From Amoebidium appalachense (lineage: Eukaryota > Protista > Ichthyosporea): a stretch of 64,000 nt of DNA. The position numbers and the translations under genes are program-made. Of this stretch, positions 22,977 to 32,835 are shown one piece after another; the stretch's first letter is position 1; each line of letters starts with the position of its first letter. The notes under the pieces are model-generated. The model saw only the letters and a list, made by a program, of their open reading frames with translations. It had not been told where the DNA came from and made no database searches. The stretch covers positions 5,712,613 to 5,776,612 of the forward strand of contig CAVNZM010000008.1 in NCBI GenBank assembly GCA_963693365.1, given 5' to 3'.

Positions 22977-24161
22977 ATGGCACATGCCTATAATCGTTTC
23001 AGAACCTCTTTCAAAGTTCCATCTACACCCATCACACATGTGCGACCATTAAAACGTCCAGCAGATACACCTACCACAGATGCACAACCAGAAAAACATC
23101 GCCTTAGACTAAGCGCAACACCTATTTACAATACCCTACCCATTCAGAATAACACCATACCACTCCGTAGAAACACAATAACAACCATGCCGAAACTTTC
23201 GGTTGATACAGTACTGGCAGAACTTGCCCTCGTTAAGAAACAGCTAAATGAGCTGTTACCACTCAAGAACATGATAGAAAAACTCCAAACAGAAAATACC
23301 CAACTCAAGCTCACCATTGATTCACTCACAGCCCAGCTAAACATTAGTGGATCGCAAAACCCCAAAACTCATGAGCAAACATCTCGCGACGGAGACATTT
23401 CCACCCCAACACAAAACAACACAGGACCGGAAGCACAGCTCCCGGCAGAGTTCCTAGAATATGCGAACTCTCGTAAAACACCCGAGCTCCGCCAAATTGC
23501 CAAGGAAACATATGCCAGCATTCTTGCAGGCAACGAGTACCGCCGCAACTCCCCTCCCAAACCGCCGGCTAAGGGGAACACCCAAGCAAACGGTAACATC
23601 AACATCCCACCCAAATACGAGAGGGTGTATTTCAAAGTCAAGCACGGCAGACGCCCACACAGGGCCATGTGGTCCATCTTCAAGGCTCTCGGCTTCCGGT
23701 GCTCTCGCATCCTTTGTCTGTCCTTCATTGGATACGATGTGCTGGAAGTAGCAGTACGGGGCGACTATAACCGTGCGTTCATCCGTGACGCGACAAAGGG
23801 GTGTGGAAGCTTCTTCACCCACCTCCCAAGCTACGACCCATGCGCGCCGGAAAACATTCAGAAAGCAGACAAAGAACGTAAAGTGTCTGCTAAGAATGCG
23901 TGCGCCACACGTTGTCGTGTACGCATCAGCAAGGCAAAAGAGTTCCTCGCAAAGTTGGAAAACGATGCTACGAGCGTGATAGACACGGACACGAAGGAAC
24001 CAATGTTTTCTGGTGAGATACTGCTCGAGCGCAAACGCCGATGCGAGATGGAAATCGAGCTCTTCTGCGAACTGTTCGCGCTGGCGGAAGGTCGTGCATA
24101 CGACCCCGTAAGCGACAAGTGGGAACCAACCCCACAGGTGTCGGACCAAACCGATGCCTAA
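22977..24161 (+). CDS. LINE ORF1 protein (coiled-coil, nucleic-acid-binding), 394 aa
   Basis: Open 394-aa ORF immediately upstream of ORF2 and overlapping it by 8 nt. Heptad-like LAELALVKKQLNELL...LQTENTQLKLTIDSL. Confidence 0.85.
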   Translation: MAHAYNRFRTSFKVPSTPITHVRPLKRPADTPTTDAQPEKHRLRLSATPIYNTLPIQNNTIPLRRNTITTMPKLSVDTVLAELALVKKQLNELLPLKNMIEKLQTENTQLKLTIDSLTAQLNISGSQNPKTHEQTSRDGDISTPTQNNTGPEAQLPAEFLEYANSRKTPELRQIAKETYASILAGNEYRRNSPPKPPAKGNTQANGNINIPPKYERVYFKVKHGRRPHRAMWSIFKALGFRCSRILCLSFIGYDVLEVAVRGDYNRAFIRDATKGCGSFFTHLPSYDPCAPENIQKADKERKVSAKNACATRCRVRISKAKEFLAKLENDATSVIDTDTKEPMFSGEILLERKRRCEMEIELFCELFALAEGRAYDPVSDKWEPTPQVSDQTDA

Positions 24162-27100
24162 TTTATCCTTCTTCTTCTGGAATGCTCGGACACTGGGCCC
24201 CCAAAAGGGCCTCCCCCCCGGGACACTCGACGATAAAATCAGCTACATACAACAACAGACAAACAACCACACGTTTACAGTGATTTGCGAAACACAGTTT
24301 AAAAACCACCACAAATTCAACTCTACATTGGTCGACACATCCACACACCCCGGTTACGCGAAAAACCGAGGCATTATTGTACTTGCCGCACCACACGTGA
24401 GAGTGAAGTGCAAACCGGTAGCAAAAACGGAATTCTCGGTTTCTATAGAGTTTCTTTCTAATGTTTTTACTTTTGTATATTACCCACCATCTATGTCGGT
24501 TGTCGAATTGACTCACGAGTTGTCACAGTTACCAATGTCCACTGTTATTTTAGGTGATTTTAACACGCGACTCCACCACACAGACACACTGCAAGTGAGT
24601 GTCGGGTACCCATCTAAGCCCCCGGAGCGTGCTATCCCTTTAGCAAGGTATGTCCAAAGTCACACTTTGCGGTTCCCTCAAATATCCCATGCCCACAACA
24701 CCGACTGGGGAGTGGCCTTTTGGCCATCAACCATGTCAAAACTCTCTCTCCCTCCTAACCTCTCTAGGTCATCTGACCACTCTCCTATCCTTTTCCTACC
24801 TAAGATCTCCCTTGATCTGCTCCCCCCTCCCCCTCCCACCTTTCGCCTCCGTCTATCCCAGCTTAAGTCACAGTGGGGTAGAGTTGATGTATGTGTATGC
24901 TATGCTACGAAACACCCTATATATATGCGCCTATTAGAATCTGCACAAGCCAGGCCAGATTCACATCTCGTACTAGATACATGCACTAACTTTATTGTTG
25001 ATGATTTGATAGATCTCGGTGATTATGCTGGCGGTGGTAGGAAGGAATATCCCGATGCTCTCTTGTTACCAAACACCACTCCCGCTAGACTAGGTGAACC
25101 CCTGTCTCAAAAGGAAAGCTTGCGCCGGCTTGCTAGTATGAATCGATTTGGCCCCCCTGCTCGTATTATTGGTGATACCACTGGAGACCCCCTCATAGAC
25201 TCTGATAAGTATTTCTCGGAACTGTTTAAAGATAGGACCCCCGCTCAGAAACCTATTGTGTGGCCTGTAGACCCATCTATCCCCATAGAATCGATCCTCC
25301 CCTTTTTCAGTCCCGATGCCATATGGTCTGTGATATCTAGTTATAGCTCTAGTAAGTCTTGTGGACCTGATGGACTCCCTGCTGGGTTTCTTAAAATCCT
25401 TGTTCCCTCCTACCCACAAAAGGAAAGTGATCGTGCTATTAAACCTGATCTTACTATCATGTTAAGCTCTCTCTTTTCTTGGTGTGTTAAATGTGGACAT
25501 GTCCCGTCATCTTGGTTAGATACCTTAGTGATCCCCATAGTTAAGAAGGACTCTGAGGGCCCCATATCATCCTTTCGCCCCATTACACTAACCCAGGTTG
25601 TTCGTAGATTCTTTGAAGCTTGCTTACTTAGGTTATTTGCACATCACCCTAGGTTTCAATCTATTCTTCACATACACCCATGCCAATCCGCTTTTCGTAA
25701 AAACAATTCATGTTATGTTCAAATAATGGCACTGCACGATTCTATGCAAGTTGGTGCACAATATGTTGGCTTTATTGATTGGAAAACTGCTTACGATTCT
25801 GTCTCCCCTGGTCTCCTATGGGAAAAGCTTGCTGCACGGGGTGTACCACACTGCATTGGTGTTCTGTTAGAAGCACTCTTGTCTCAAACCTATGGTAGAG
25901 CTGTGGTTAATGGGCATCTTTCATATGGTTTTGCTCGTACTAGAGGTCTCTTGCAGGGTTCATTGCTTAGCCCCTTTTTGTTTAACCTATTTATAGATGA
26001 TTTGGCTGTCAAGATTTACGCCGAAAACGATGACCCTATTAATAACTTTCCGCCTGCACTTCTCTATGCTGATGATCTGTCCCTCCTTGCCCGTACCCCT
26101 AGACGCCTGCAAAGATTGTTCGATGTAGTGTCAGAGTGGTGCAAGGCAAACCTTATGATCCTTAACATAGACAAATGTGGTGTTCTTGTACCTGATATAG
26201 CTAACAATTTACACACATTTACATTATCATCTAAACCTGTACCTATAGTTCCAGAATACAAATATCTTGGTGTTCCGGTTGATTCTGTTGGTGTTATGTT
26301 TCCCCATATGGTCGAAAAGAGGGTAGAGTTGGCTCGTAAGCGGTTAGCTTTCTTCTCGGCTAATATTTTTAAAGACACACCCCTCCATCCTTCTATTAGA
26401 CTTACATTTATTCGCACTTTTGTCTTCCCGGCATGTGAATATGGTTTACCCCTTCTCGCCGCTTGGATCAAGAAAGAGAGAACTAGAGCGCTTAAACCCT
26501 TGGCAAATTTCCTTGAAGCAGAAGTTGCCTCCTTTCTATCTAACAACTGTTGTAAACCTGGGCCTGTAACGCTCTCGATATATGGTCTGGTCCCAATAGC
26601 TGCTAGAGTATCCTATCTCGCGCTGAAATTCAATAAGCACATAAGCCGCTTAAAGAAGTATTTGCCCTCCCACCCTCTCTTCTCTATCCGACCTGTCCCC
26701 TCCTCACCTCTCCCCTCTTTCCTCCCCTCTCTCTCCCCTTCTCCCCTGGGCACAAATACAAATAAACCCCGCAATAGTGTGTGTGTGACTTTGGACTGCC
26801 ACTTACTTATTAAACATGTACACAATCACAAGATAATCACGCAATATAACAAATGGAAAAAGATACCACACGACACTAGACCCGATGAAAGCATACACCT
26901 TGAAAAACTAAGCCTTATGTCTCGTTTTATATATACTGACCGCCTCAACCATATTGCCAAATATGGCACTCGCAAGTGTATAACACCTAAATACATATTA
27001 CCTTCCTGTAGAACTGGTCTTTCTCTAGCTGATGGTATTATTGATCAATTACCACGCTTTTACTGTACACGTGCTATACAGTGGAGATCTAATAAGTATA

Positions 27101-27348
27101 AGGTGGCATCATTTGCATGCCCAAACAACACACACACACACCAGTTTAACCGGTCATGTATCGCCAAATGTAGTTTGATAGACCACATAATACCGCAACA
27201 CACACACGTCACATTCACAACAGACACCCAGAAAGATAGCCTACCTGTAAATTACAACATCCTTGATTTTATACTAAACACGCGTAACTACGACCTGTTT
27301 ATTAGATGTATTGATTGGCTTGAGAAACACATCACTACAAAATTATAG
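24154..27348 (+). CDS. LINE ORF2: apurinic-like endonuclease + reverse transcriptase, 1064 aa, intact
   Basis: Endonuclease motifs FWNAR, ICET, ILGDFN, SDHSPI. RT motifs KSCGPDGL, FRPITL, QSAFR, FIDWKTAYDSV, LQGSLLSPFLFNLFIDDL, YADD, YKYLG. C-terminal Cys/His region. Confidence 0.97.
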   Translation: MPNLSFFFWNARTLGPQKGLPPGTLDDKISYIQQQTNNHTFTVICETQFKNHHKFNSTLVDTSTHPGYAKNRGIIVLAAPHVRVKCKPVAKTEFSVSIEFLSNVFTFVYYPPSMSVVELTHELSQLPMSTVILGDFNTRLHHTDTLQVSVGYPSKPPERAIPLARYVQSHTLRFPQISHAHNTDWGVAFWPSTMSKLSLPPNLSRSSDHSPILFLPKISLDLLPPPPPTFRLRLSQLKSQWGRVDVCVCYATKHPIYMRLLESAQARPDSHLVLDTCTNFIVDDLIDLGDYAGGGRKEYPDALLLPNTTPARLGEPLSQKESLRRLASMNRFGPPARIIGDTTGDPLIDSDKYFSELFKDRTPAQKPIVWPVDPSIPIESILPFFSPDAIWSVISSYSSSKSCGPDGLPAGFLKILVPSYPQKESDRAIKPDLTIMLSSLFSWCVKCGHVPSSWLDTLVIPIVKKDSEGPISSFRPITLTQVVRRFFEACLLRLFAHHPRFQSILHIHPCQSAFRKNNSCYVQIMALHDSMQVGAQYVGFIDWKTAYDSVSPGLLWEKLAARGVPHCIGVLLEALLSQTYGRAVVNGHLSYGFARTRGLLQGSLLSPFLFNLFIDDLAVKIYAENDDPINNFPPALLYADDLSLLARTPRRLQRLFDVVSEWCKANLMILNIDKCGVLVPDIANNLHTFTLSSKPVPIVPEYKYLGVPVDSVGVMFPHMVEKRVELARKRLAFFSANIFKDTPLHPSIRLTFIRTFVFPACEYGLPLLAAWIKKERTRALKPLANFLEAEVASFLSNNCCKPGPVTLSIYGLVPIAARVSYLALKFNKHISRLKKYLPSHPLFSIRPVPSSPLPSFLPSLSPSPLGTNTNKPRNSVCVTLDCHLLIKHVHNHKIITQYNKWKKIPHDTRPDESIHLEKLSLMSRFIYTDRLNHIAKYGTRKCITPKYILPSCRTGLSLADGIIDQLPRFYCTRAIQWRSNKYKVASFACPNNTHTHQFNRSCIAKCSLIDHIIPQHTHVTFTTDTQKDSLPVNYNILDFILNTRNYDLFIRCIDWLEKHITTKL

Positions 27349-27368
27349 CGCACGCGCACACACACACA

Positions 27369-27421
<53 letters not shown>

Positions 27422-27453
27422 CCAGCTGATACCGAGTGTCCCGAGGGGAGCCC

Positions 27454-27495
<42 letters not shown>

Positions 27496-28115
27496 AAAAA
27501 TAAAAAAAAAATAAAAATAAAAAAAAAAAAAAACGGGGAACCCCAACTAATTGATTTCTCCTTGTAGTCTTTATGGTGTCTCGTAGAGAAAGTAAACCCT
27601 GATATATAGTCACCACCCGACATCTATGTACGTGATCATGATATACCGCTGAGGGGATATTCCGAGCAAACCCCCCCCCCCCCATACCTGAGACTGGTTC
27701 TCTTTGCCTCGAGTAAACAGCGTAAACCCCCACATATATTAGTAGAAAAGAAATACGATTGTACACATGAAGACAAAGAGAGAAAGAAAAGAAAATAAGG
27801 AAGGAGAAAGAGGAAGGAAAAGAGAGCACAGATCAACAAACAAGATAGTAATAGCATAACTATAACCAGAGATATTTATGTACACACGAACATGTACACG
27901 TCTCTCCCTAAGTGGGTGGATCCGTGTACACACATATAAATATTCTAATCAATATTACAATACACGATTAGAGCCGATACAACACGATTACAAGTATACA
28001 AGCATATCGGAGATCAATGCTTCATTTTACATAATAGGAGTGTGGAATATACACTAAGCATATGAACTGAAACATAACACAAACTGAGAAGATCTTACCA
28101 TATGTAGATACTACG

Positions 28116-28244
28116 ACCTTCCAACAATGGTTGCCGAGAAGTTTTGTATGCACCAGCCCTTATGAACTAAGAGACTTCATGTCAGGAAGCAATGTAGCTT
28201 CTAAGGGAGTTACAGACGGATCAAGCAAAATGTAGAAACTGCCG
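28116..28244 (+). repeat. 129-bp direct repeat, right copy (putative long TSD)
   Basis: Identical to 21837-21965. Confidence 0.95.
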
Positions 28245-29220
28245 AAAACATGGCTTGGCACACAATGATGCAGAATGCGTGCTTTTTGCCCTGTGTTTAC
28301 CTGCACAAAACTAAAAGTGCTGACAGGCTGATCTACAGAAGAGCTCAACCACTATACCATAAACGATAAGTGCAAGGTCCCTTAGGGCTCTTTATTGCAC
28401 GAACGTTTTAACAAAAAGCGGCATTGCCCAGAACCAACATCAAAAGGTGCCAGCCCAAGCTGGGCATAACCCAGGCAGTAAAAACCTACCTCCTTGCTGC
28501 TCGGTTTAGAAGCTGTCATTCTAAAAGCAAGCGGCCGTTAGCCTCTGTCAGAGAGGATGGTGCCCTGCATGTGAAAGAGGAGAGCAAAGGTGAAAAGAAC
28601 TCTTGAAAGTATCATCCTGTTATGCAGATGTGAGCACAGAGGGCACAAAAAAGCTGCAGTGTGACAGAAAGTAAAACTGCGACAGCATGCACCAGTTGCG
28701 GCAGGAAAGACCAAGAAGAAAGGAGGGCTACAGCAAGGAAGAAAAGCAAGAATAGTTGCCCAGAAGCCTGAGCCCAGTCCTTCAGCAAACAGGTAGACGC
28801 AACAGTCGCATAAGCATCTGTACTGACCTGCACAGCCTGTAGCTCTGAAAACATCGTCTAGTTAGCTTACAAGCCACGGGTGCAACTGAATAGAGTTACA
28901 GCTCAGACTTCTTGAAAAGCGGAATTGCAAGTGAAAACTGACCTCCGAAGGGTGGGAAAAAAACAGTCATAACGGACAATCATTAATGATTGGAGAAGAC
29001 CAATCAAGAAACAGGAGCATAATCGGATTATCCATAATGTGACTAATGAATACCAATCACACAGCCGAACAAAAATCGGTTCAATCTGATTATCATTAAT
29101 CAGATTACAAAACACCAATCACACAGCAGGACAAGCATGGTGGTTCTTATCCGATGAGTCAAGCCGATACTCCCTCCATGCGTTTTACATACATCAAAGT
29201 TGTAATATATTTATATTATA

Positions 29221-29258
<38 letters not shown>

Positions 29259-29362
29259 TATTTATATATATTTATATATTTGAATATACATATAATTTAA
29301 ATACACATATCATGATATCTGTGCACACGGAGCGCCCGGCGGACAATGATCCGGATATCAAA

Positions 29363-29618
29363 GGGGGTTTACGCTGTTTACTCGAGGCAAAGAGAATCCA
29401 GTCTCAGGTATGGGGGGGGGGTTTGCTCGGAATATCCCCTCAGCGGTATATCATGATCACGTACATAGATGTCGGGTGATGACTATATATCAGGGTTTAC
29501 TTTCTCTACGAGACACCATAAAGACTACAAGGAGAAATCAATTAGGTGGGGTTCCCCGGTTTTTTTTTTTTTTTTTTTTTTTTTAAGGGGCTCCCCTGGG
29601 ACACTCGGTTTCAGCTGG

Positions 29619-29713
<95 letters not shown>

Positions 29714-29737
29714 AGTGTGTGTGTGTGTTTGTGTGTG
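29363..29737 (-). mobile_element. LINE copy 3, heavily 5'-truncated (3'UTR only)
   Basis: Reverse complement of ~27360-27731 with a few substitutions. Same TAAACCCCC terminus; truncated within the (CA)n tract. Confidence 0.9.
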
Positions 29738-30630
29738 CATCAGCAACCATCTCCCGGCATCTTTTTCCCGTCTCAAACCAGTCTGGGACATGCTAAACCC
29801 GTAACCCATCCTGAACCATACCCTTTGTAACCGTTATTAGTTAGAGATGACTCCAAGCTATCCCTAACCCGTCCGGCTTTAGCAGGCGATATTAAAGACA
29901 TCTCTGTAAGTACGTCCTTAGCATATCTGTAACCCGGCGAAACCCTATCCCGTGTTCCATCTGTTTCCTCCCCCAAGCATATCTTAGAGCCGTCTTTGTT
30001 ATGTCTTAAACGAATCTATAAAAAGACAATATTTATGAACTTTTACTAAAAAGATATCCCCAGCATATCTGTAAGCTATCGATCAGCCGTCTACAAGAGC
30101 GCTTTGCGATCACCAATATCCATCTTTAATACTACTTTATGTAGTTCAGACGAACATATATGGCATACTTAACACCTCTTGAAGAATTTGCAGAGATATA
30201 TTACAGATTGTTGTGGTTAACCTAAATGTATCCTTACGATGTAGTTATGTAATATGTTATTTCAGTCTAACACGAGTTGTCGACTTCAGGACGTACTAAA
30301 AGCAACTCACCGATAGGCTAGGGATATTTTTATTGGTACATAGTGACAAAAACAAGATATGCGTGAGACGTATTTACGTCATAATATAGATTCATCATCA
30401 ATTGAGGAAAAGACACAATTAATATACACTTTAGACGGCTTTAGGACGGCCTAACGTTATATATGGTCGCTCCCATAGATAGAATAATTATATATTCATA
30501 GTTCTGGTAAGAGCACCGGAAGATTTCTTGATGCAATTTTAAAGCCATCTTTCAGGATGTTCTAAAAGTCACACTAAAAAGACCGTCGTCATCCTTAAAG
30601 TCATCTGTTGGATGGCTGGAGGTTGTCGTG
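29738..30630. mobile_element. probable decayed non-autonomous DNA transposon with subterminal repeats
   Basis: Recurrent AGCCGTCT-like motifs, with reverse-complement AGACGGCT/GGATGGCT versions in the right half. Weakly complementary ends (catcagcaacc...ggttgtcgtg). Confidence 0.35.
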
Positions 30631-30684
30631 ATGATATCTTAAACCCCCACCTCCTCCCCCCCCCCCCCCCCCCCCCCCCCCCCG

Positions 30685-31110
30685 GGGGACCACCACCCAC
30701 CCCACATGAACCTTTGACGATCGATGACGACGATGAGGTGCCAGACCCACAGGGTCTTTTCCTGGGGACCACCACCCACCCCACATGAACCTTTGACGAT
30801 CGATGACGACGACGAGGTGCCAGACCAACAGGGTCTTGCCTCCATACTTTATTTACCTTAACAGGACAAAGAGCCGGTACCCACCTATGGGTGCTAAACA
30901 TGCACATCATCATTCATGTACTATAAGAGCAACACAGAAACGAAACACGGAAACAACAGCAGCCATAGGACAAAGAGCCCCAGACCCACAGGGTCTTGCC
31001 TCCATACTTTATTTACCTTAACAGGACAAAGAGCCGGAACCCACGGCACCTATGAAACGAAAAACGGAAACAACAGCAGCCATAGGACAAAGAGCCGGTA
31101 CCCACCTCTA
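30685..31110. repeat. mosaic of short tandem/interleaved duplications
   Basis: ggggaccaccacccaccccacatgaacctttgacgatcgatgacgacg..gaggtgccagacc x2; cagggtcttgcctccatactttatttaccttaacaggacaaagagccgg x2; gaaacgaaa.acggaaacaacagcagc.ataggacaaagagcc x2. Confidence 0.85.
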
Positions 31111-31215
31111 GATGATAACGTAGCCTTATAGCTGCTGATGACTTCATGGGCCAACCTTGCCAAAACCTGTAAAGGAACTCGAGCTAAGAATTAGCTCATC
31201 CTACTTGCGAGAAGT

Positions 31216-31252
<37 letters not shown>

Positions 31253-31666
31253 GAGGGGGCTGACTGAGAGTGGCATAAAAAGAGTCGACAGAACCAACCT
31301 CAAACATAGTAAGGACGGAAACCCGGACCAGAAATTATGAAGTCTAGAGAAGCAGAAAATAGCTTGAACGATCGGTGGAGGGGATGATAGCTATAGTGCT
31401 AACAGCAAAAGTAGTGCCCACAGTCGCTGGTTCATGAACGTGAAAGGCAACGTGCATCTGCAGCCAGCAGACACACGCACACACACACACATACACACAC
31501 ACACACACACAGACACAGACACAGACATAATCACAGGACGGACACAATCCAGACAGACAAACGCCATATGCACAAAAGCAGGCAACACAAAACTAACCTT
31601 CAAAGCCGTTAGGCGAAGAAGCTGCAGCATGCAGCATGGTCCAAAACAATCAGCACGGTGGCTGCG

Positions 31667-31790
31667 CGATCTGCGGAGGGGATCTGTGACCAGGCGACCT
31701 GCGAGAAGGGAACTGCGACCAGGCGACCTGCGGGAAGGGACCTGCGACCAGGCGACCTCCGGGAAAGGACCTGCGGACCTGCGGGAAGGG
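31667..31790. repeat. GC-rich ~29-bp minisatellite
   Basis: Repeated gacctgcgggaagggacctgcgaccaggc variants, about 4 units. Confidence 0.85.
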
Positions 31791-32161
31791 GGAAGAGAAA
31801 TGGAGCAAACAACGTGCGTACAGGCTTAAATGGAGAAAAAATTGCAAACCGGATTGGGATTTAGCCAATCACTATTCGCCGCGCCTGATTAGGAAAAAGA
31901 TAGATTTCGGCTCGCGCGCGCGCGTGCATCAGCTTGGTGCCCTTAGCGCTACCTTTAGTGCCCTTAGTCACAACTATCAGACTATAGTTACGTGTCCTCC
32001 ACTTCTTTGTTCTTGACCATTTTTTCGGCATGAAAGGGTTTCTGTTACTTCTTGCTGTCCTTCTTAGCGTGCTTGCTTGTCTTTTTTTCAACATGGGTGT
32101 CACTGGCGCTTTCGACTTCTTTGAAATCAGCGCACGCACGCACAGACACTCACACATGCAC

Positions 32162-32197
<36 letters not shown>

Positions 32198-32679
32198 CGC
32201 GCACACACAGGCACGCACACACACACAGGCGCACACCTACACAACACACACAGCACATGCACACACAAGCGCACAAGCGCACACACCCTGTTATCCCTGA
32301 TCATGATGCCCCCTCCCCCCTCCCTCTTCCCCCCCCGCGCACCCCCCCCCCCCCCCCCCCCCCCCCCCCACCCACCCCACCCACCCACCTACAAAGACGA
32401 AAACATTGTACATGTATTGCATACACAAATATACTCGCACATATACATACACACATTCACTTTAATCTTTCAGGCTACATGTGCAATATACATTAATTAT
32501 GCACAGTCGATAGAATTCGTTGTGAAACCCCCCCCCCCCCCCCCCCCCCCCCCTCCCACCCTCCTCGTTCCCCCCATATGCAATGGGGATAATATTGTTT
32601 CCCGCTATTGATTAAAAAATCACCGTTCTAACTTCCTAAGACCGAACAACTTGTAACACCGACAGTTTCGGTTGTGTGG

Positions 32680-32721
<42 letters not shown>

Positions 32722-32835
32722 AACCACCCACCACCACCTTACCAATATTGAGGTGTACACTGCCCCCACATCCCCAACTGTGTGCTGAATATCCCGTGCT
32801 AGGAAACCAATAACGTGAAAGTAACACATGCCGCA

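Larger units (their letters stand above)
22507..27731 (+). mobile_element. full-length non-LTR retrotransposon (APE-RT LINE), copy 1, 10-bp TSD ACATATATTA
   Basis: TSD at 22497-22506 and 27732-27741. Starts ACCCCTAAACC and ends TAAACCCCC. Contains ORF1, ORF2, (CA)n, an internal A-tract and a 3' module shared with copies 2 and 3. Confidence 0.93.
21966..28115 (+). mobile_element. ~915-bp non-coding element (21966-22506 + 27742-28115) flanked by 129-bp direct repeats and interrupted by a LINE
   Basis: Bounded exactly by the 129-bp repeats. No convincing ORF. Several inverted repeats, including the perfect tgatttccgac-ca-gtcggaaatca. The 3' 40 bp recur at 1818-1857. Confidence 0.7.

Noticed and set aside
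23454-24149. 231-aa antisense ORF over LINE ORF1 (mirrored at 41111-41806)
   Set aside because: A shadow ORF with no recognisable motifs. Its conservation only reflects identical copies.
27585-27605. Telomerase RNA template (taaaccct) in the LINE 3' module
   Set aside because: Only a short match inside a multicopy mobile element, with no other supporting structure identified.
21837-28244. 129-bp repeats as LTRs of an LTR retrotransposon containing the RT ORF
   Set aside because: No TG...CA ends or short outer TSD. The RT is APE-LINE type and has its own 10-bp TSD.
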